A stretch of DNA of 64,000 nt from Ignavibacteria bacterium (GCA_947459875.1 CANHFG010000003.1:162-64161); one strand, 5' to 3'. Positions 19,803 through 29,393 are shown, counted from the first letter of the stretch. Numbers and translations: made by a program. The notes: generated by a model from the sequence alone, not told the origin.

Positions 19803-20612
19803 TTACTCGGTGCCGTCGGCCTTGCCACCCTTGCGCGTGCGGAGCTGACGACGAACCTTCGACTCGTCTCCGTCCATTTCCTTGACCGCAGCTTCACCGG
19901 CCGCAGCCAGATCTGCCGTCTTGGCACGGGCAACTTCGCGTCCGTCCACAACTGCATCGGCAAGAACCTTGAGAATCAGCTCTACAGCCTTGATGGAGTC
20001 ATCGTTAGCAGGGATCGGGTAATCAACCTGCGTCGGATCTGAGTTTGTATCGACGATTCCGATGACCGGAATGCCAAGCGTCTTGGCTTCCTTGATCGCC
20101 AGGTGCTCCTTCTTGATGTCGACCACCACCAGCATACCCGGAATGCGCGTCATGTCCTCGATGCCACCGAACACCTTGCGCAGACGGTCACGTTCGCGGC
20201 TCAGCATGAGGCGCTCCTTCTTCGTGATCTTCTCGAAGGTTCCGTCGGTTTCCATCTTATCGATGGTGGAAAGGCGCTTGATGGACTTACGAATGGTCGT
20301 GAAGTTCGTCAGCATGCCACCGAGCCAACGCTCTGACACATAGTTGGAGATTCCGCGCTTTGCTTCCTGCTCCACAGCGCCCTTGGCCTGGTTCTTGGTT
20401 CCGACAAACAGCACTCCGCGTCCCTGAGATGCGATCTCCTGGGCGGCGTCACGTGCAATGTCGATAAGGAGCTGCGTCTTGCGCAGGTCAATGATGTGGA
20501 TCCCGTTGCGCTCCATGAAGATGAAGTTGCGCATCGCCGGGTTCCAGCGGCGTGTAAGGTGTCCGAAATGCGCCCCGGACTCGAGCAGTGCTTCAATGCT
20601 AACTGCTGGCAT
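19803..20612 (-). CDS. rpsB: 30S ribosomal protein S2
   Basis: LLESGAHFGHLTRRWNPAMRNFIFMERNGIHIIDLRKT is the S2 signature. The protein has a charged C-terminal tail. Confidence 0.92.
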   Translation of the reverse strand: MPAVSIEALLESGAHFGHLTRRWNPAMRNFIFMERNGIHIIDLRKTQLLIDIARDAAQEIASQGRGVLFVGTKNQAKGAVEQEAKRGISNYVSERWLGGMLTNFTTIRKSIKRLSTIDKMETDGTFEKITKKERLMLSRERDRLRKVFGGIEDMTRIPGMLVVVDIKKEHLAIKEAKTLGIPVIGIVDTNSDPTQVDYPIPANDDSIKAVELILKVLADAVVDGREVARAKTADLAAAGEAAVKEMDGDESKVRRQLRTRKGGKADGTE

Positions 20613-20760
20613 GATCGACCTCTTCGATTGTTGTGGATGAATCCTCTGCGTAGTTCGAACCGACGGACCCAGGAATAGTTACTTCCATGGGCTCCACCGC
20701 CGGAATTCCCACACATGTGTGTTGATTGCGTTGTTAGTGCCCGGCATGCCGGACGGAAGC

Positions 20761-21147
20761 TTATCGCTTGGAGAACTGGAAGCGCTTGCGGGCCTTCTTC
20801 TGGCCATACTTCTTGCGCTCAACCATGCGTGGGTCGCGCGTAAGAACACCTGCCGGGCGAAGCGCTGCACGGAGTTCCTCGTTGTATTCAACGAGAGCAC
20901 GGGCAACACCAAGGCGCACAGCACCGGCCTGACCGCTCTTGCCACCACCGCGTACGTTGACAAACACGTCGAACTGCGCATTTGTCTTCGTCAGCTCCAG
21001 CGGTAACGTGGCGTCACGACGGTAGTTTTCGACCGTGAAGTACTCCTCGATCGGCAGACGGTTGACCAACACGTGGCCTGTTCCGCTGGTGAGGCGAACC
21101 TGTGCGACCGATGTCTTGCGACGACCTGTTCCTAAATACGTCTTCAT
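20761..21147 (-). CDS. rpsI: 30S ribosomal protein S9
   Basis: 128 aa. [14 protein letters not shown] near the start and ...[25 protein letters not shown] at the end are typical of S9. Confidence 0.92.
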   Translation of the reverse strand: MKTYLGTGRRKTSVAQVRLTSGTGHVLVNRLPIEEYFTVENYRRDATLPLELTKTNAQFDVFVNVRGGGKSGQAGAVRLGVARALVEYNEELRAALRPAGVLTRDPRMVERKKYGQKKARKRFQFSKR

Positions 21148-21161
21148 TCTTTACTCCGATT

Positions 21162-21629
21162 TCACTTCGTTCCGAGGTGGAGATATGGCAGCTGATATGC
21201 CTTGGGCTGCTGTGCAGCATGTGGGTGCTCGCTACCGCTATACACCTTCAGCTTCTTGACGATCGACCGTCCGAGAGAATTCTTTGGAAGCATGCCCTTG
21301 ACGGCAAGTTCAACGATCTCCTCTGGCTTGCTTTGCATGATGTTCGTGAAGGAACGCATGCGCCCACCACCTGGATAACCGGTGTTGTGGAAGTATTCCT
21401 TCTGCTCTGCCCGCTTGCCTTCCAGAACCACCTTGTCGGCATTGATAACGATGACGAAGTCACCGCAGTCTACGTGAGGTGTGAACAATGCCTTGTGCTT
21501 TCCACGAAGCAGAGTTGCAATCTGTGTCGCCAGACGGCCAACCGTGCAGTCGGTGGCGTCCACAACAAGCCAGTCGCGCTGAACATCTTCGGCGCGCGCT
21601 GAACGGGTAATGTTACCGTGCTGATTCAT
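21162..21629 (-). CDS. rplM: 50S ribosomal protein L13
   Basis: RDWLVVDATDCTVGRLATQIATLLRGKHK..FTPHVDCGDFVIVINA is the L13 pattern. I prefer the start at ATG 21629 (MNQHGN..) over the track start at 21650. Confidence 0.9.
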   Translation of the reverse strand: MNQHGNITRSARAEDVQRDWLVVDATDCTVGRLATQIATLLRGKHKALFTPHVDCGDFVIVINADKVVLEGKRAEQKEYFHNTGYPGGGRMRSFTNIMQSKPEEIVELAVKGMLPKNSLGRSIVKKLKVYSGSEHPHAAQQPKAYQLPYLHLGTK

Positions 21630-21707
21630 AACTTTTCTTCCTACCCGCAAGGGGCTTCATTGACGTGTTGGATTTGTCAGAGCTTGCAAACATACGGGAG
21701 TGGATTG

Positions 21708-22877
21708 TCATTGCCAAACAATCGATGCGAATGTCACAGCACTTTCTGTCTCCGCATCATCCCATACGTCGTACTGAAGCAGGAGCCCCCTGCCCGGCTT
21801 GCTGCAGCTGAGCGCCAGTACCGTGGGAGCATGGCCGCAAATGCGGTAGGTGTTATCGAGCGCATGAATTTCCTGATGGTACCGCTCCACGTCGGCCTGG
21901 ATGAGTGCGCTGATCAGACGCTCATCGGCGTTGCGTACTTCGGGCAGGAGCTCACCGGCGTTGAGGGCGTCTCCAAACTTTGGTCCAATATGGGCTAAAT
22001 CCCCAGAAATCAACCAGATAGCTTCTCTGCCGGACGCCTCCACGGCAGAACGAATCCGGCTGGACCACGTCTCGAGAGCCCCCTGCTCAAAGATCGCCGA
22101 GGTAACCAGAACGGGCAGGATTGCAAGATCGCGGTCGGGCCACAGATACCTCAGTGCCACGGCATGCAACTCCAGCGAATGCTCGGGCTTATGGGCGATA
22201 TCTGCCTCGGGCATTCCGAGGGCGTGATCGATAACGGGCAGCGGCCCGAGAGGGGTATCGAAGGGGCGATGGGCAACAACGACTGGATGGTCGGACCAGT
22301 AATGCGAAGTTCCGACCATCACGACAAGGCTGGCAGGGCTGGAAGCGATCGCATTGAACGCTTCGCCATACACCTTTGGTGCCACGCGAAAGTCGATGTG
22401 CGGGATAAGCGCAACGGCCGGCGGACGTGTACCATCGTCGCTCCATGAGGGGGCTGGCCCCTTCTGCTGCAGGATACCGAGCTGATCGCGGCAGAACCGG
22501 GCAAATTCCTCAGGATCCGACGGATAGGTGGCATCGGCACACGCCATGGGCCTTGTCGGAAGGCTGAGCCATGCTTGTTCTACCTGCCGACGCCGCTGAT
22601 CGGCGTCGGCACCTTCAAGGTAGCCGAGTTGCTGGATCTGACGCAGGAACAGTTCGACACGACGGATCTCGGGACCTTGCGAGTCGACGCCGGCGGCAAT
22701 GGCAAGATCTGCCAGAGTGGTCTGCCCATCACACGCCGCAAGCACCTCGAACATGTCCGCATGCAGCATGATCGGACCATCGGCTATCCCGAATGGATCG
22801 TGAAGGACGAGATACTGCTCTTCACCCTCTGCATGCGCAGACAGCTGAACGTCGTCACGCAATCGCGGCAGGATCAC
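21708..22877 (-). CDS. MEMO1/AmmeMemoRadiSam-system-protein-B family protein with an N-terminal extension
   Basis: PAVALIPHIDFRVAPKVYGEAFNAI..VVMVGTSHYW..ISGDLAHIGPKFGD matches Memo-family motifs. My proposed start is GTG 22877, which overlaps the upstream stop as GTGA. The first ~120 aa of the track ORF overlap the upstream genes and are rejected. Confidence 0.7.
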   Translation of the reverse strand: MILPRLRDDVQLSAHAEGEEQYLVLHDPFGIADGPIMLHADMFEVLAACDGQTTLADLAIAAGVDSQGPEIRRVELFLRQIQQLGYLEGADADQRRRQVEQAWLSLPTRPMACADATYPSDPEEFARFCRDQLGILQQKGPAPSWSDDGTRPPAVALIPHIDFRVAPKVYGEAFNAIASSPASLVVMVGTSHYWSDHPVVVAHRPFDTPLGPLPVIDHALGMPEADIAHKPEHSLELHAVALRYLWPDRDLAILPVLVTSAIFEQGALETWSSRIRSAVEASGREAIWLISGDLAHIGPKFGDALNAGELLPEVRNADERLISALIQADVERYHQEIHALDNTYRICGHAPTVLALSCSKPGRGLLLQYDVWDDAETESAVTFASIVWQ

Positions 22878-23071
22878 GCACCACCGATGGTTCGTTGAAG
22901 TCGACGCACCACCCACACTCCAGCCCCACCACTGATGGCAAACAGGACAGTAGCCAAAAGGAACAGCATCTCGCCGGTGATAAAGGCGGCAAGAGCTGTC
23001 AGCACAACGCAGACGGCGGTGCTGATAAGTATGATGGTGAGGGCTGATGAGAGCGAGTTCGATCGTTTCAT
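22874..23071 (-). CDS. 65-aa two-helix membrane micro-protein
   Basis: MKRSNSLSSALTIILISTAVCVVLTALAAFITGEMLFLLATVLFAISGGAGVWVVRRL contains two hydrophobic spans. Its ATG overlaps the upstream stop (ATGA at 23068-23071) and its stop overlaps the downstream GTG (GTGA at 22874-22877). Confidence 0.5.
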   Translation of the reverse strand: MKRSNSLSSALTIILISTAVCVVLTALAAFITGEMLFLLATVLFAISGGAGVWVVRRLQRTIGGA

Positions 23072-23598
23072 CGGTGTGTCCTGACGTTCGTGTTCGATCT
23101 GTAGGAGGAAACGTAATCAATGTAGTTCTGTGCGCTCTGCTCAAGCTTGGCACATTCGTCGTCACTGAGTTGGCGAACAATCTTGGCAGGAACGCCTGCA
23201 ACGAGCGTGCGCGGCGGGACAACGAATCCCTCTCGCACGACGGCACCTGCGGCTACCATCGAGTGGTGACCAATCACGGCTCCGTCGAGGACCGTAGCGT
23301 TCATGCCGATAAGCGCAAAATCTTCCACCGTGCAGCCATGAAGCATTACGCAGTGTCCGATCGTAACACCGTTACCAATGAACAACGGATGTTTGTTATA
23401 CGTCACGTGCAGCATTGACAGGTCCTGCACGTTCGTGCGCTCTCCTATGCGGATCTGGTGTACGTCACCGCGGATAACGACGTTAAACCAGACAGACGAA
23501 TCCTTGCCGATATGCACATCGCCAAGAATCACCGCTCCATCGGCGATGAAGACAGACTCGTCGATCACAGGAACGATATCAGCGTAGGGTTTGATCAT
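23068..23598 (-). CDS. Gamma-carbonic-anhydrase-like / hexapeptide-repeat (LbH) protein
   Basis: From ATG 23598 the protein reads MIKPYADIVPVIDESVFIADGAVILGDVHIGKDSSVWFNVVIRGDV..IRIGERTNVQD..LH, the typical YrdA/PaaY/CaiE-type pattern. Confidence 0.85.
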   Translation of the reverse strand: MIKPYADIVPVIDESVFIADGAVILGDVHIGKDSSVWFNVVIRGDVHQIRIGERTNVQDLSMLHVTYNKHPLFIGNGVTIGHCVMLHGCTVEDFALIGMNATVLDGAVIGHHSMVAAGAVVREGFVVPPRTLVAGVPAKIVRQLSDDECAKLEQSAQNYIDYVSSYRSNTNVRTHR

Positions 23599-23614
23599 AC
23601 AGCCTCCACATGAC

Positions 23615-25060
23615 TCACAACGAGCCCCTTCGTGCAAAATGTGCCGTCCGTCCCTCGAGCTTCCATTTGTCAAGATTCAGCAGCATATAATCACGCGCTG
23701 CATCCTCCTCATTGGGGATGATGCCGTCGAGGATCGCCTCTTCGATCATCCACTTGATGTAGCCTACCTCGCGTGATGGCCCGAGACCGGTCACGGCCAT
23801 GATCTCTTCGCCGCGCACCGGACTTTGGAATGAGCGCAGACGATCACGCTCCAGCACATCAACGAGCTTCTGCTCAACGATGTCGTAATTCTTGAGATAC
23901 TTCTGCGCCCGGGAAGGATTGCGCGTAGTAATGTCAGCGCGGCAGAGCTTGAATAGATCAGCAATGCCATCGCCCGCCTGAACGGCCAGGCGCCGTATCG
24001 CCGAATCGGTCACCCCCTCATCCACCAGCTTCATGGGGCGCTGATGCAACCGCACGAGCGACTCGACATAGTCGAGGTGCTGCATCGGCAACTTCATGCG
24101 TCGAAAGATTTTCTGCTGCCAGCGCGCTCCGATCTCTTCATGCCCGTGAAAGGTCCACCCTGTGCCTTCGATAAACTTCTTGGTACGGGGCTTGGCGATA
24201 TCATGCATGAGCGTGGCAAATCGCAGCCACAGGTTTGGCGACATCTGCGCAACATTATCGACCACTTGCAGCGTATGCAGGAACACGTCTTTATGTCCGT
24301 ACTCTCTCGAACCGGCAACCACGAGCTCTGTCCCGGCCAGGTTCGCCACCTCCTGGAAAATGTGCTTCATCAGTCCGGTGTACTGCAGGATCTTCAAACC
24401 CACACTTGGACGGGGCGCAGCAAGGATTTTCATGAACTCATCGGTGATGCGTTCCTGCGAAATGATCGTGATCCTGTCTGCCATTGAGGTGATCGCCGAG
24501 ACGAGTGCAGCATCGAGATCAAACTCCAGCTGTGCAGCAAAACGAGCCGCACGCATCATGCGGAGCGGATCATCGCTCATCGTCACAATCGGGTCGAGCG
24601 GCGTACGAAGTAGCCTGCGCTCGATGTCTTCAGCCCCCTGAAAAAGGTCGACCACTGCGCCGAGACGTTCCGGGTGAAGGTCTGCAGCCAACGCATTGAC
24701 GGTGAAGTCCCGGCGTCGTAGATCATCCTCAAATGTCCCCTCGACAACGATGGGCTTTCTTGAATCTGAACGGTACTCCTCGCGCCGTGTACCCACGAAC
24801 TCAAGATGATGATCGCCCACGGGAACAAGTGCCGTACGGAATCGCTCATACTCTACGGTCTTTGAGCGAAACAGATCGGCAACAGCCCGAGCAAAGGCAA
24901 GGGCGTCGCCTTCAACGCAGATATCGATGTCCGTGCGTGTCCGCCCCATGACCGCGTCGCGCACGTAGCCACCCACAACATAGGCACGTACGTTACGTTC
25001 GTGCGCGAGCAGGGCGATGCGCAACAGCACGGGATCCGTGATGTCGATCGTCGGGGTCAT
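23615..25060 (-). CDS. tRNA nucleotidyltransferase (CCA-adding)/poly(A) polymerase family protein with HD domain
   Basis: From ATG 25060 the protein reads MTPTIDITDP..AYVVGGYVRDAVMGR.RTDIDI (GGxVRD motif), then RDFTVNALA, then HDIAKP in the HD domain. The track N-terminal extension overlaps the transketolase gene and is rejected. Confidence 0.85.
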   Translation of the reverse strand: MTPTIDITDPVLLRIALLAHERNVRAYVVGGYVRDAVMGRTRTDIDICVEGDALAFARAVADLFRSKTVEYERFRTALVPVGDHHLEFVGTRREEYRSDSRKPIVVEGTFEDDLRRRDFTVNALAADLHPERLGAVVDLFQGAEDIERRLLRTPLDPIVTMSDDPLRMMRAARFAAQLEFDLDAALVSAITSMADRITIISQERITDEFMKILAAPRPSVGLKILQYTGLMKHIFQEVANLAGTELVVAGSREYGHKDVFLHTLQVVDNVAQMSPNLWLRFATLMHDIAKPRTKKFIEGTGWTFHGHEEIGARWQQKIFRRMKLPMQHLDYVESLVRLHQRPMKLVDEGVTDSAIRRLAVQAGDGIADLFKLCRADITTRNPSRAQKYLKNYDIVEQKLVDVLERDRLRSFQSPVRGEEIMAVTGLGPSREVGYIKWMIEEAILDGIIPNEEDAARDYMLLNLDKWKLEGRTAHFARRGSL

Positions 25061-25104
25061 GATCTGATTACTTGATGCAGGACCAAACAGTGGCAGGGGC
25101 CACC

Positions 25105-26103
25105 TCAGTCCTGGTATGTGGCAACGTCGCGAATAGCGCGCACACCGGAGCTCCCCTTGTCGCGACGTTCCATCGCCACAAGAGCAGAAGCATAGATCTC
25201 GCGCCAGGTGAGACCGAACTTCACCATCAGCTCTTCCGGATCGCCGGAGCCACCGAAGGAGTCCTTGACACCGACAAACTCGATCGGCACCGGAGCATTC
25301 TTTGCTGTGCATTCCGCAACTGCCCCGCCAAGTCCGGCGTGAACCTGGTGCTCTTCAGCCGTTACGATACAGCCGCATTCACGAGCGGCCTGCGTGACCG
25401 TGGCGAAGTCGAACGGCTTGACTGTGTGCACGTTAACGACGCGGGCAGATATGCCCTTCTTGGCAAGCTCCTTGGCGGCAAGAATGCTCTCCCACACCAG
25501 CGCGCCGTTGGCGATGAGCGCAACATCGGTACCATCCATGAGAACATTGGCCTTGCCAAGCTCGAACGGCGACTCCTCTGTCGTAAACATTGGTACCGGT
25601 GAACGACCGAAACGGATGTAGGCCGGTCCAATCATTTCGCCCATGGCAACGGTGGCCTTGCGAGCTTCGTAGTAATCGGCAGGGACGATCATCGTCATGT
25701 GCGGAAGCGTACGCAGAAACGCGACTTCTTCCAGCACCTGGTGCGTTGCACCATCCGGCCCAACACTGATACCGGCGTGTCCTCCGCCGATCTTGACATT
25801 TGCTTCGTTGTATGCCACCGAAATACGCAGCTGATCGGCGTTGCGCAAAGCACAGAACGCACCATACGAAGCAAAGAATGGGATCTTGCCACTGAGTGCG
25901 AGACCTGCCGCGATCGTTGTTGCGTTCTGTTCGGCGATACCAATTGAGAAGAACCGATCCGGGAACTTCTCTTTGAACAGCGAGGTCATCACCGATCCGG
26001 TGATATCCCCACCAAGTACAACAATATTGCTGTGGCGCTCGCCAAGATCAACGAGTCCGTCACCAAAGCCAAATCGCGTGGGTTTTGATCCGAGAAGGTC
26101 CAT
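25105..26103 (-). CDS. Transketolase, C-terminal (pyrimidine-binding) subunit
   Basis: 332 aa. ...RFFSIGIAEQNATTIAAGLALSGKIPFFASYGAF... is typical of split transketolase subunit B. Confidence 0.9.
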   Translation of the reverse strand: MDLLGSKPTRFGFGDGLVDLGERHSNIVVLGGDITGSVMTSLFKEKFPDRFFSIGIAEQNATTIAAGLALSGKIPFFASYGAFCALRNADQLRISVAYNEANVKIGGGHAGISVGPDGATHQVLEEVAFLRTLPHMTMIVPADYYEARKATVAMGEMIGPAYIRFGRSPVPMFTTEESPFELGKANVLMDGTDVALIANGALVWESILAAKELAKKGISARVVNVHTVKPFDFATVTQAARECGCIVTAEEHQVHAGLGGAVAECTAKNAPVPIEFVGVKDSFGGSGDPEELMVKFGLTWREIYASALVAMERRDKGSSGVRAIRDVATYQD

Positions 26104-26223
26104 CAGGTTTCAGGTTTCAGGTTTGAGGTTTGAGGTGTGGGGTGTGAGGTCACTCGTCACTCTGTCACTACGTAATTCCGTAACTCCGTAATTCCGTAAT
26201 TCCGTAATTCCGTAATTCTCTTC
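26104..26223. repeat. 120-nt mosaic of short tandem repeats that fills the whole spacer between the two transketolase half-genes
   Basis: The plus strand reads (CAGGTTT)x3, GAGGTTT, GAGGTGT, GGGGTGT, GAGGTCACTCGTCACTCTGTCACTA, then (CGTAATTC)x6 with one CGTAACTC. No non-repeat base lies between ATG 26103 and TAA 26224-26226 apart from tcttc. Confidence 0.95.
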
Positions 26224-27123
26224 TTACGGCATCGTCGACATTTCTTCCAGGGCGGCTATCGCTTGGTCTTTGGAAGGGGGCTTACCGTGCCATTCAAACT
26301 TGTCATTCATGAACGAAACGCCGTGGCCCATATAGGTTCGCGCAATGATCGCTGTCGGCTTACCGGTCTTATTGCGCTGGTTCTCAAGGAACCGGTCGAA
26401 TCCGCGCATGAGGTCGGCGTAGTCGTGACCGTCAACGACAATGGTGTCGAAGCCAAAGGATTCGCACTTGGCATCGATCGGATACACGTTCATCACATCA
26501 GGCACGCGGCCGTCAATCTGACAATCGTTATTGTCGATCAGCCAGCAGAAGTTATCCAGCCCGAAATGCGAAGCCGCCATTGCTGCTTCCCAGACCGAAC
26601 CTTCTTGGAGCTCTCCGTCACCGGTGAGCGAGAACACGCGGCGGTCGTTTCTGTCGACCAGCTTGTCACTCATAGCCATGCCGACGGCGATGGAGATGCC
26701 CTGACCAAGTGAACCGGACGATGTTTCTACGCCGGGAAGGTGCATGTCGCGTCCCGGATGGCCCTGCAGACGCGTGTTGTACTTACGCAACGTCTCCTGT
26801 TCTTGCTTAGGGTAGCATCCGGCGTTTGCCAGCGCGGCATACATGACCGGCGCCATGTGTCCAGCCGACAGAACGAATCGGTCGTGCGTTGTATCATCCA
26901 TCCGGGCTGGATCGTACCGCATGTACCCACCAAAGTAGAGAACGGCGAAAATATCGGCCGATCCGAGGGGGCCGCCGCTATGACCGGAGCCGGCGCGCAC
27001 GAGCATTCGCACGATATCGCGGCGGATCTCATTAGCGATCGGTGCAAAATCCTCCGCAGACCGACGTTCATTAGTGAACGTGGTGGTGTTGAAGTCCAGC
27101 GAGGCCTTGGTTTCCTGTGTCAT
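26224..27123 (-). CDS. Transketolase, N-terminal (TPP-binding) subunit
   Basis: 299 aa. It contains ..SGHSGGPLGSADIFAVLYF.. and ..SLTGDGELQEGSVWEAAM.. (GDG-x-QEG TPP motif). Confidence 0.9.
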   Translation of the reverse strand: MTQETKASLDFNTTTFTNERRSAEDFAPIANEIRRDIVRMLVRAGSGHSGGPLGSADIFAVLYFGGYMRYDPARMDDTTHDRFVLSAGHMAPVMYAALANAGCYPKQEQETLRKYNTRLQGHPGRDMHLPGVETSSGSLGQGISIAVGMAMSDKLVDRNDRRVFSLTGDGELQEGSVWEAAMAASHFGLDNFCWLIDNNDCQIDGRVPDVMNVYPIDAKCESFGFDTIVVDGHDYADLMRGFDRFLENQRNKTGKPTAIIARTYMGHGVSFMNDKFEWHGKPPSKDQAIAALEEMSTMP

Positions 27124-27269
27124 GGAAATGAAGGGGTTGGGGGTTCAGAAAAATGCCATCGAAAGTACGGAAACTATGGCATGTAGTTTGCAAACGGAAC
27201 GGCATACACTCGATCTTTGGGCGATAGAAAACGTCACTGCATTGCAATCACGTTCTAAAGGAGCCGATC

Positions 27270-29393
27270 ATGAACCGCTATACTTCTCTGGCGGCTGTCG
27301 CGCTGATAATCATTGCGACCTACCATTTCCCTGCTCATGCCCAGAAGCACGCGGAGATAGTCCAGGCAGATGCAGCGGGAACGGAATTCTGGATCGCTAT
27401 TCCACCGAACGAGATCAATCCGTTTCCGGTCGAGGGACTCGAGATCTACGTTTCCTCCGCATTCAATGCGAGTGTGGAGTTGTTTGATTTCTCCAGCGAC
27501 AGATCTACACGTTTCAATCTCAAGCCGTATGAAGTAAAGACACTGAGCGACCGTAAGGAACTCAACTGGGCAATGGAGATCCGAGATGCGGAGCTCCCCG
27601 TGCGAAAGGCGCTACGACTGACATCCGACAGGCCAATCAGTGTAAATGTCCTGAATTCAAAGGTGACGACCTCCGATGGCTTTCTAGCCATACCGACGCG
27701 CCGCTGGGGCACTGAGTACATCGCCGCCAGCTACTGGGACTTTCGCGAATTCAAACCCTGGCCAGGGGGCTTTATCATCATCGCTAAGCAACCAACGAAC
27801 GTGGACATTCTCCTGCGCGGTGCGGGACGGGATAGTGGGCGCACGACTACCGGACGAAAGATCGGCGAACAGTTCTCGGTGTTCCTCGATGAGGGTGAGG
27901 TGTACATGGTACACGGCGATGGACAGACCCGTGGTGTGTTCGACCTGACCGGCTCATTGATCACCTCTGACCAACCGATCGGCGTGATCGGCTTTCATAT
28001 GCGCACAACGATGCCGAACCTCCTGATGAACGGCAATGGTCGTAATCACCTTTGTGAGATGCTACCACCGACCAATCGCTGGGGCCGCCGATACTCTACG
28101 CTGGAGTTGAATCGAACTCGCAGAAGTGCAGGTCGTGGCGACGTTTTCCGCGTGATCGCAAAAGACGCTAACACACGCTGGAGCTGCAAGTTCTACGACA
28201 AGATCACCGGGAAGCTACTCGGTCAGCGCGGAGGCCTGATCAGCACCGCCGGCGGTTTTGCCGACGAGCAACAGGCATCAGAGCCGACGGCGATCGTCGA
28301 AGGGTTTTCCGTTTGGGAAGCCGACAAACCCTTTCTGCTCATGCAGTACTCGTGCTCGTCGTCGTGGGATGGCGACCAGTTTCTCGATCCGTTCATGATC
28401 TGCGTAACACCGCGCGAAAACTATATCTGGGAGACCACCTTTCAGACACCTACGATGGCCCAGTTCACGGTTCACAACCTGAATCTTATCGTTAATGTCG
28501 ACACCACCGACCCAACCTCGATCGTGGATAATCTCAAGTCGCTTGAGATCGATGGCGTGCCCGTCTGGAACCATCCAGAGGCGGTCAAGCCCCTTCTTCT
28601 GCAGTCGAAGATGCCAAATGGGGAGTACCATGCGGTGATAAAATTCGGTGCGGAAGCGCGTTCACACACTATCTCAAGCAACGGTCTGGTGCGTTTCGGC
28701 GGCTATCTGTATGGGTTCGGTGCGGTCGATGCCTACGGCTGGCCCGTCTCGTCGGCACTGCGAACCAACAGTCCTCGAGACACCAACCGCCCCGTCATCA
28801 GCGGCACCTCCGACAACGGCGATTACATCCTCGAGGCGACGGAACTGCGCAACAGCCCCGATCCGCCGCGGAAAGTGCCGGCGGACGCAGATCAGGTGGA
28901 AAAGGGCATTTTCCGGATCGACTCCGTGCGCGGCAAGGGCAACTTCAACTATCGTCTGGTGTCGCGCGGCGGCCCGTCCTTTCCCGAAGATCTCGCTCTT
29001 AGAAGGCATGCGTACCGCTGGGAAGTGATCGACAAGTCCAAGGATGCTCGGATGGTCTACTACGTTGTTGATCATGCCGGCAACATGACGCTCGACACCT
29101 GCACGTACGTGGCCGTGCCTGTTTCTGTTCAGGGGGCGAACCAGGAACCTAACCCCTGTGATGACAACAGGTTGCTCGTCAATGGCCGGCAGGTCCTGTT
29201 CAATGCAAGCCGATCCCCGATCGGCGGACAACTGATCATCTACGACCTGCGGGGTCAGGTCACGGCCACGGCCGACCTTGCTCGCACCGCATCTACCCCC
29301 ATCTCCGTCGGCCCGCTTGCTCCAGGCATCTATATCGCCTGCTACGATGCCGGGACTAGCAGGTGCAGCACCCGCTTTGTCATAGCCCCCTGA
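27270..29393 (+). CDS. Secreted T9SS cargo protein with an IgGFc-binding-like N-terminal domain (GTEFWIAIPPNE)
   Basis: An AGGAG Shine-Dalgarno precedes ATG 27270, and MNRYTSLAAVALIIIATYHFPAHAQ looks like a signal peptide. The C-terminus is CTD-like (QLIIYDLRGQV...LAPGIYIACYD...TRFVIAP). The first ~600 aa are roughly 70% identical by eye to the next gene. Confidence 0.8.
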   Translation: MNRYTSLAAVALIIIATYHFPAHAQKHAEIVQADAAGTEFWIAIPPNEINPFPVEGLEIYVSSAFNASVELFDFSSDRSTRFNLKPYEVKTLSDRKELNWAMEIRDAELPVRKALRLTSDRPISVNVLNSKVTTSDGFLAIPTRRWGTEYIAASYWDFREFKPWPGGFIIIAKQPTNVDILLRGAGRDSGRTTTGRKIGEQFSVFLDEGEVYMVHGDGQTRGVFDLTGSLITSDQPIGVIGFHMRTTMPNLLMNGNGRNHLCEMLPPTNRWGRRYSTLELNRTRRSAGRGDVFRVIAKDANTRWSCKFYDKITGKLLGQRGGLISTAGGFADEQQASEPTAIVEGFSVWEADKPFLLMQYSCSSSWDGDQFLDPFMICVTPRENYIWETTFQTPTMAQFTVHNLNLIVNVDTTDPTSIVDNLKSLEIDGVPVWNHPEAVKPLLLQSKMPNGEYHAVIKFGAEARSHTISSNGLVRFGGYLYGFGAVDAYGWPVSSALRTNSPRDTNRPVISGTSDNGDYILEATELRNSPDPPRKVPADADQVEKGIFRIDSVRGKGNFNYRLVSRGGPSFPEDLALRRHAYRWEVIDKSKDARMVYYVVDHAGNMTLDTCTYVAVPVSVQGANQEPNPCDDNRLLVNGRQVLFNASRSPIGGQLIIYDLRGQVTATADLARTASTPISVGPLAPGIYIACYDAGTSRCSTRFVIAP

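Noticed and set aside
21708-25312. N-terminal extensions of track ORFs: 21708..23246, 23068..23673 and 23615..25312. The same applies to 18162..18980, 43248..43814 and 29479..33951.
   Set aside because: The extensions overlap the upstream gene on the same strand and are Arg/Cys/Ser-rich nonsense. Internal starts give canonical N-termini ([30 protein letters not shown], Tat or Sec signal peptides) and tidy 1-4-nt overlaps or short gaps.
26104-26223. I considered whether the short tandem repeat tracts (here and at 35.8, 37.6, 39.0 and 57.8 kb) could be CRISPR arrays.
   Set aside because: The units are 7-8 nt and directly abutting, with no unique spacers. No cas genes are in the window. They are microsatellite or STRR-like arrays, not CRISPR.
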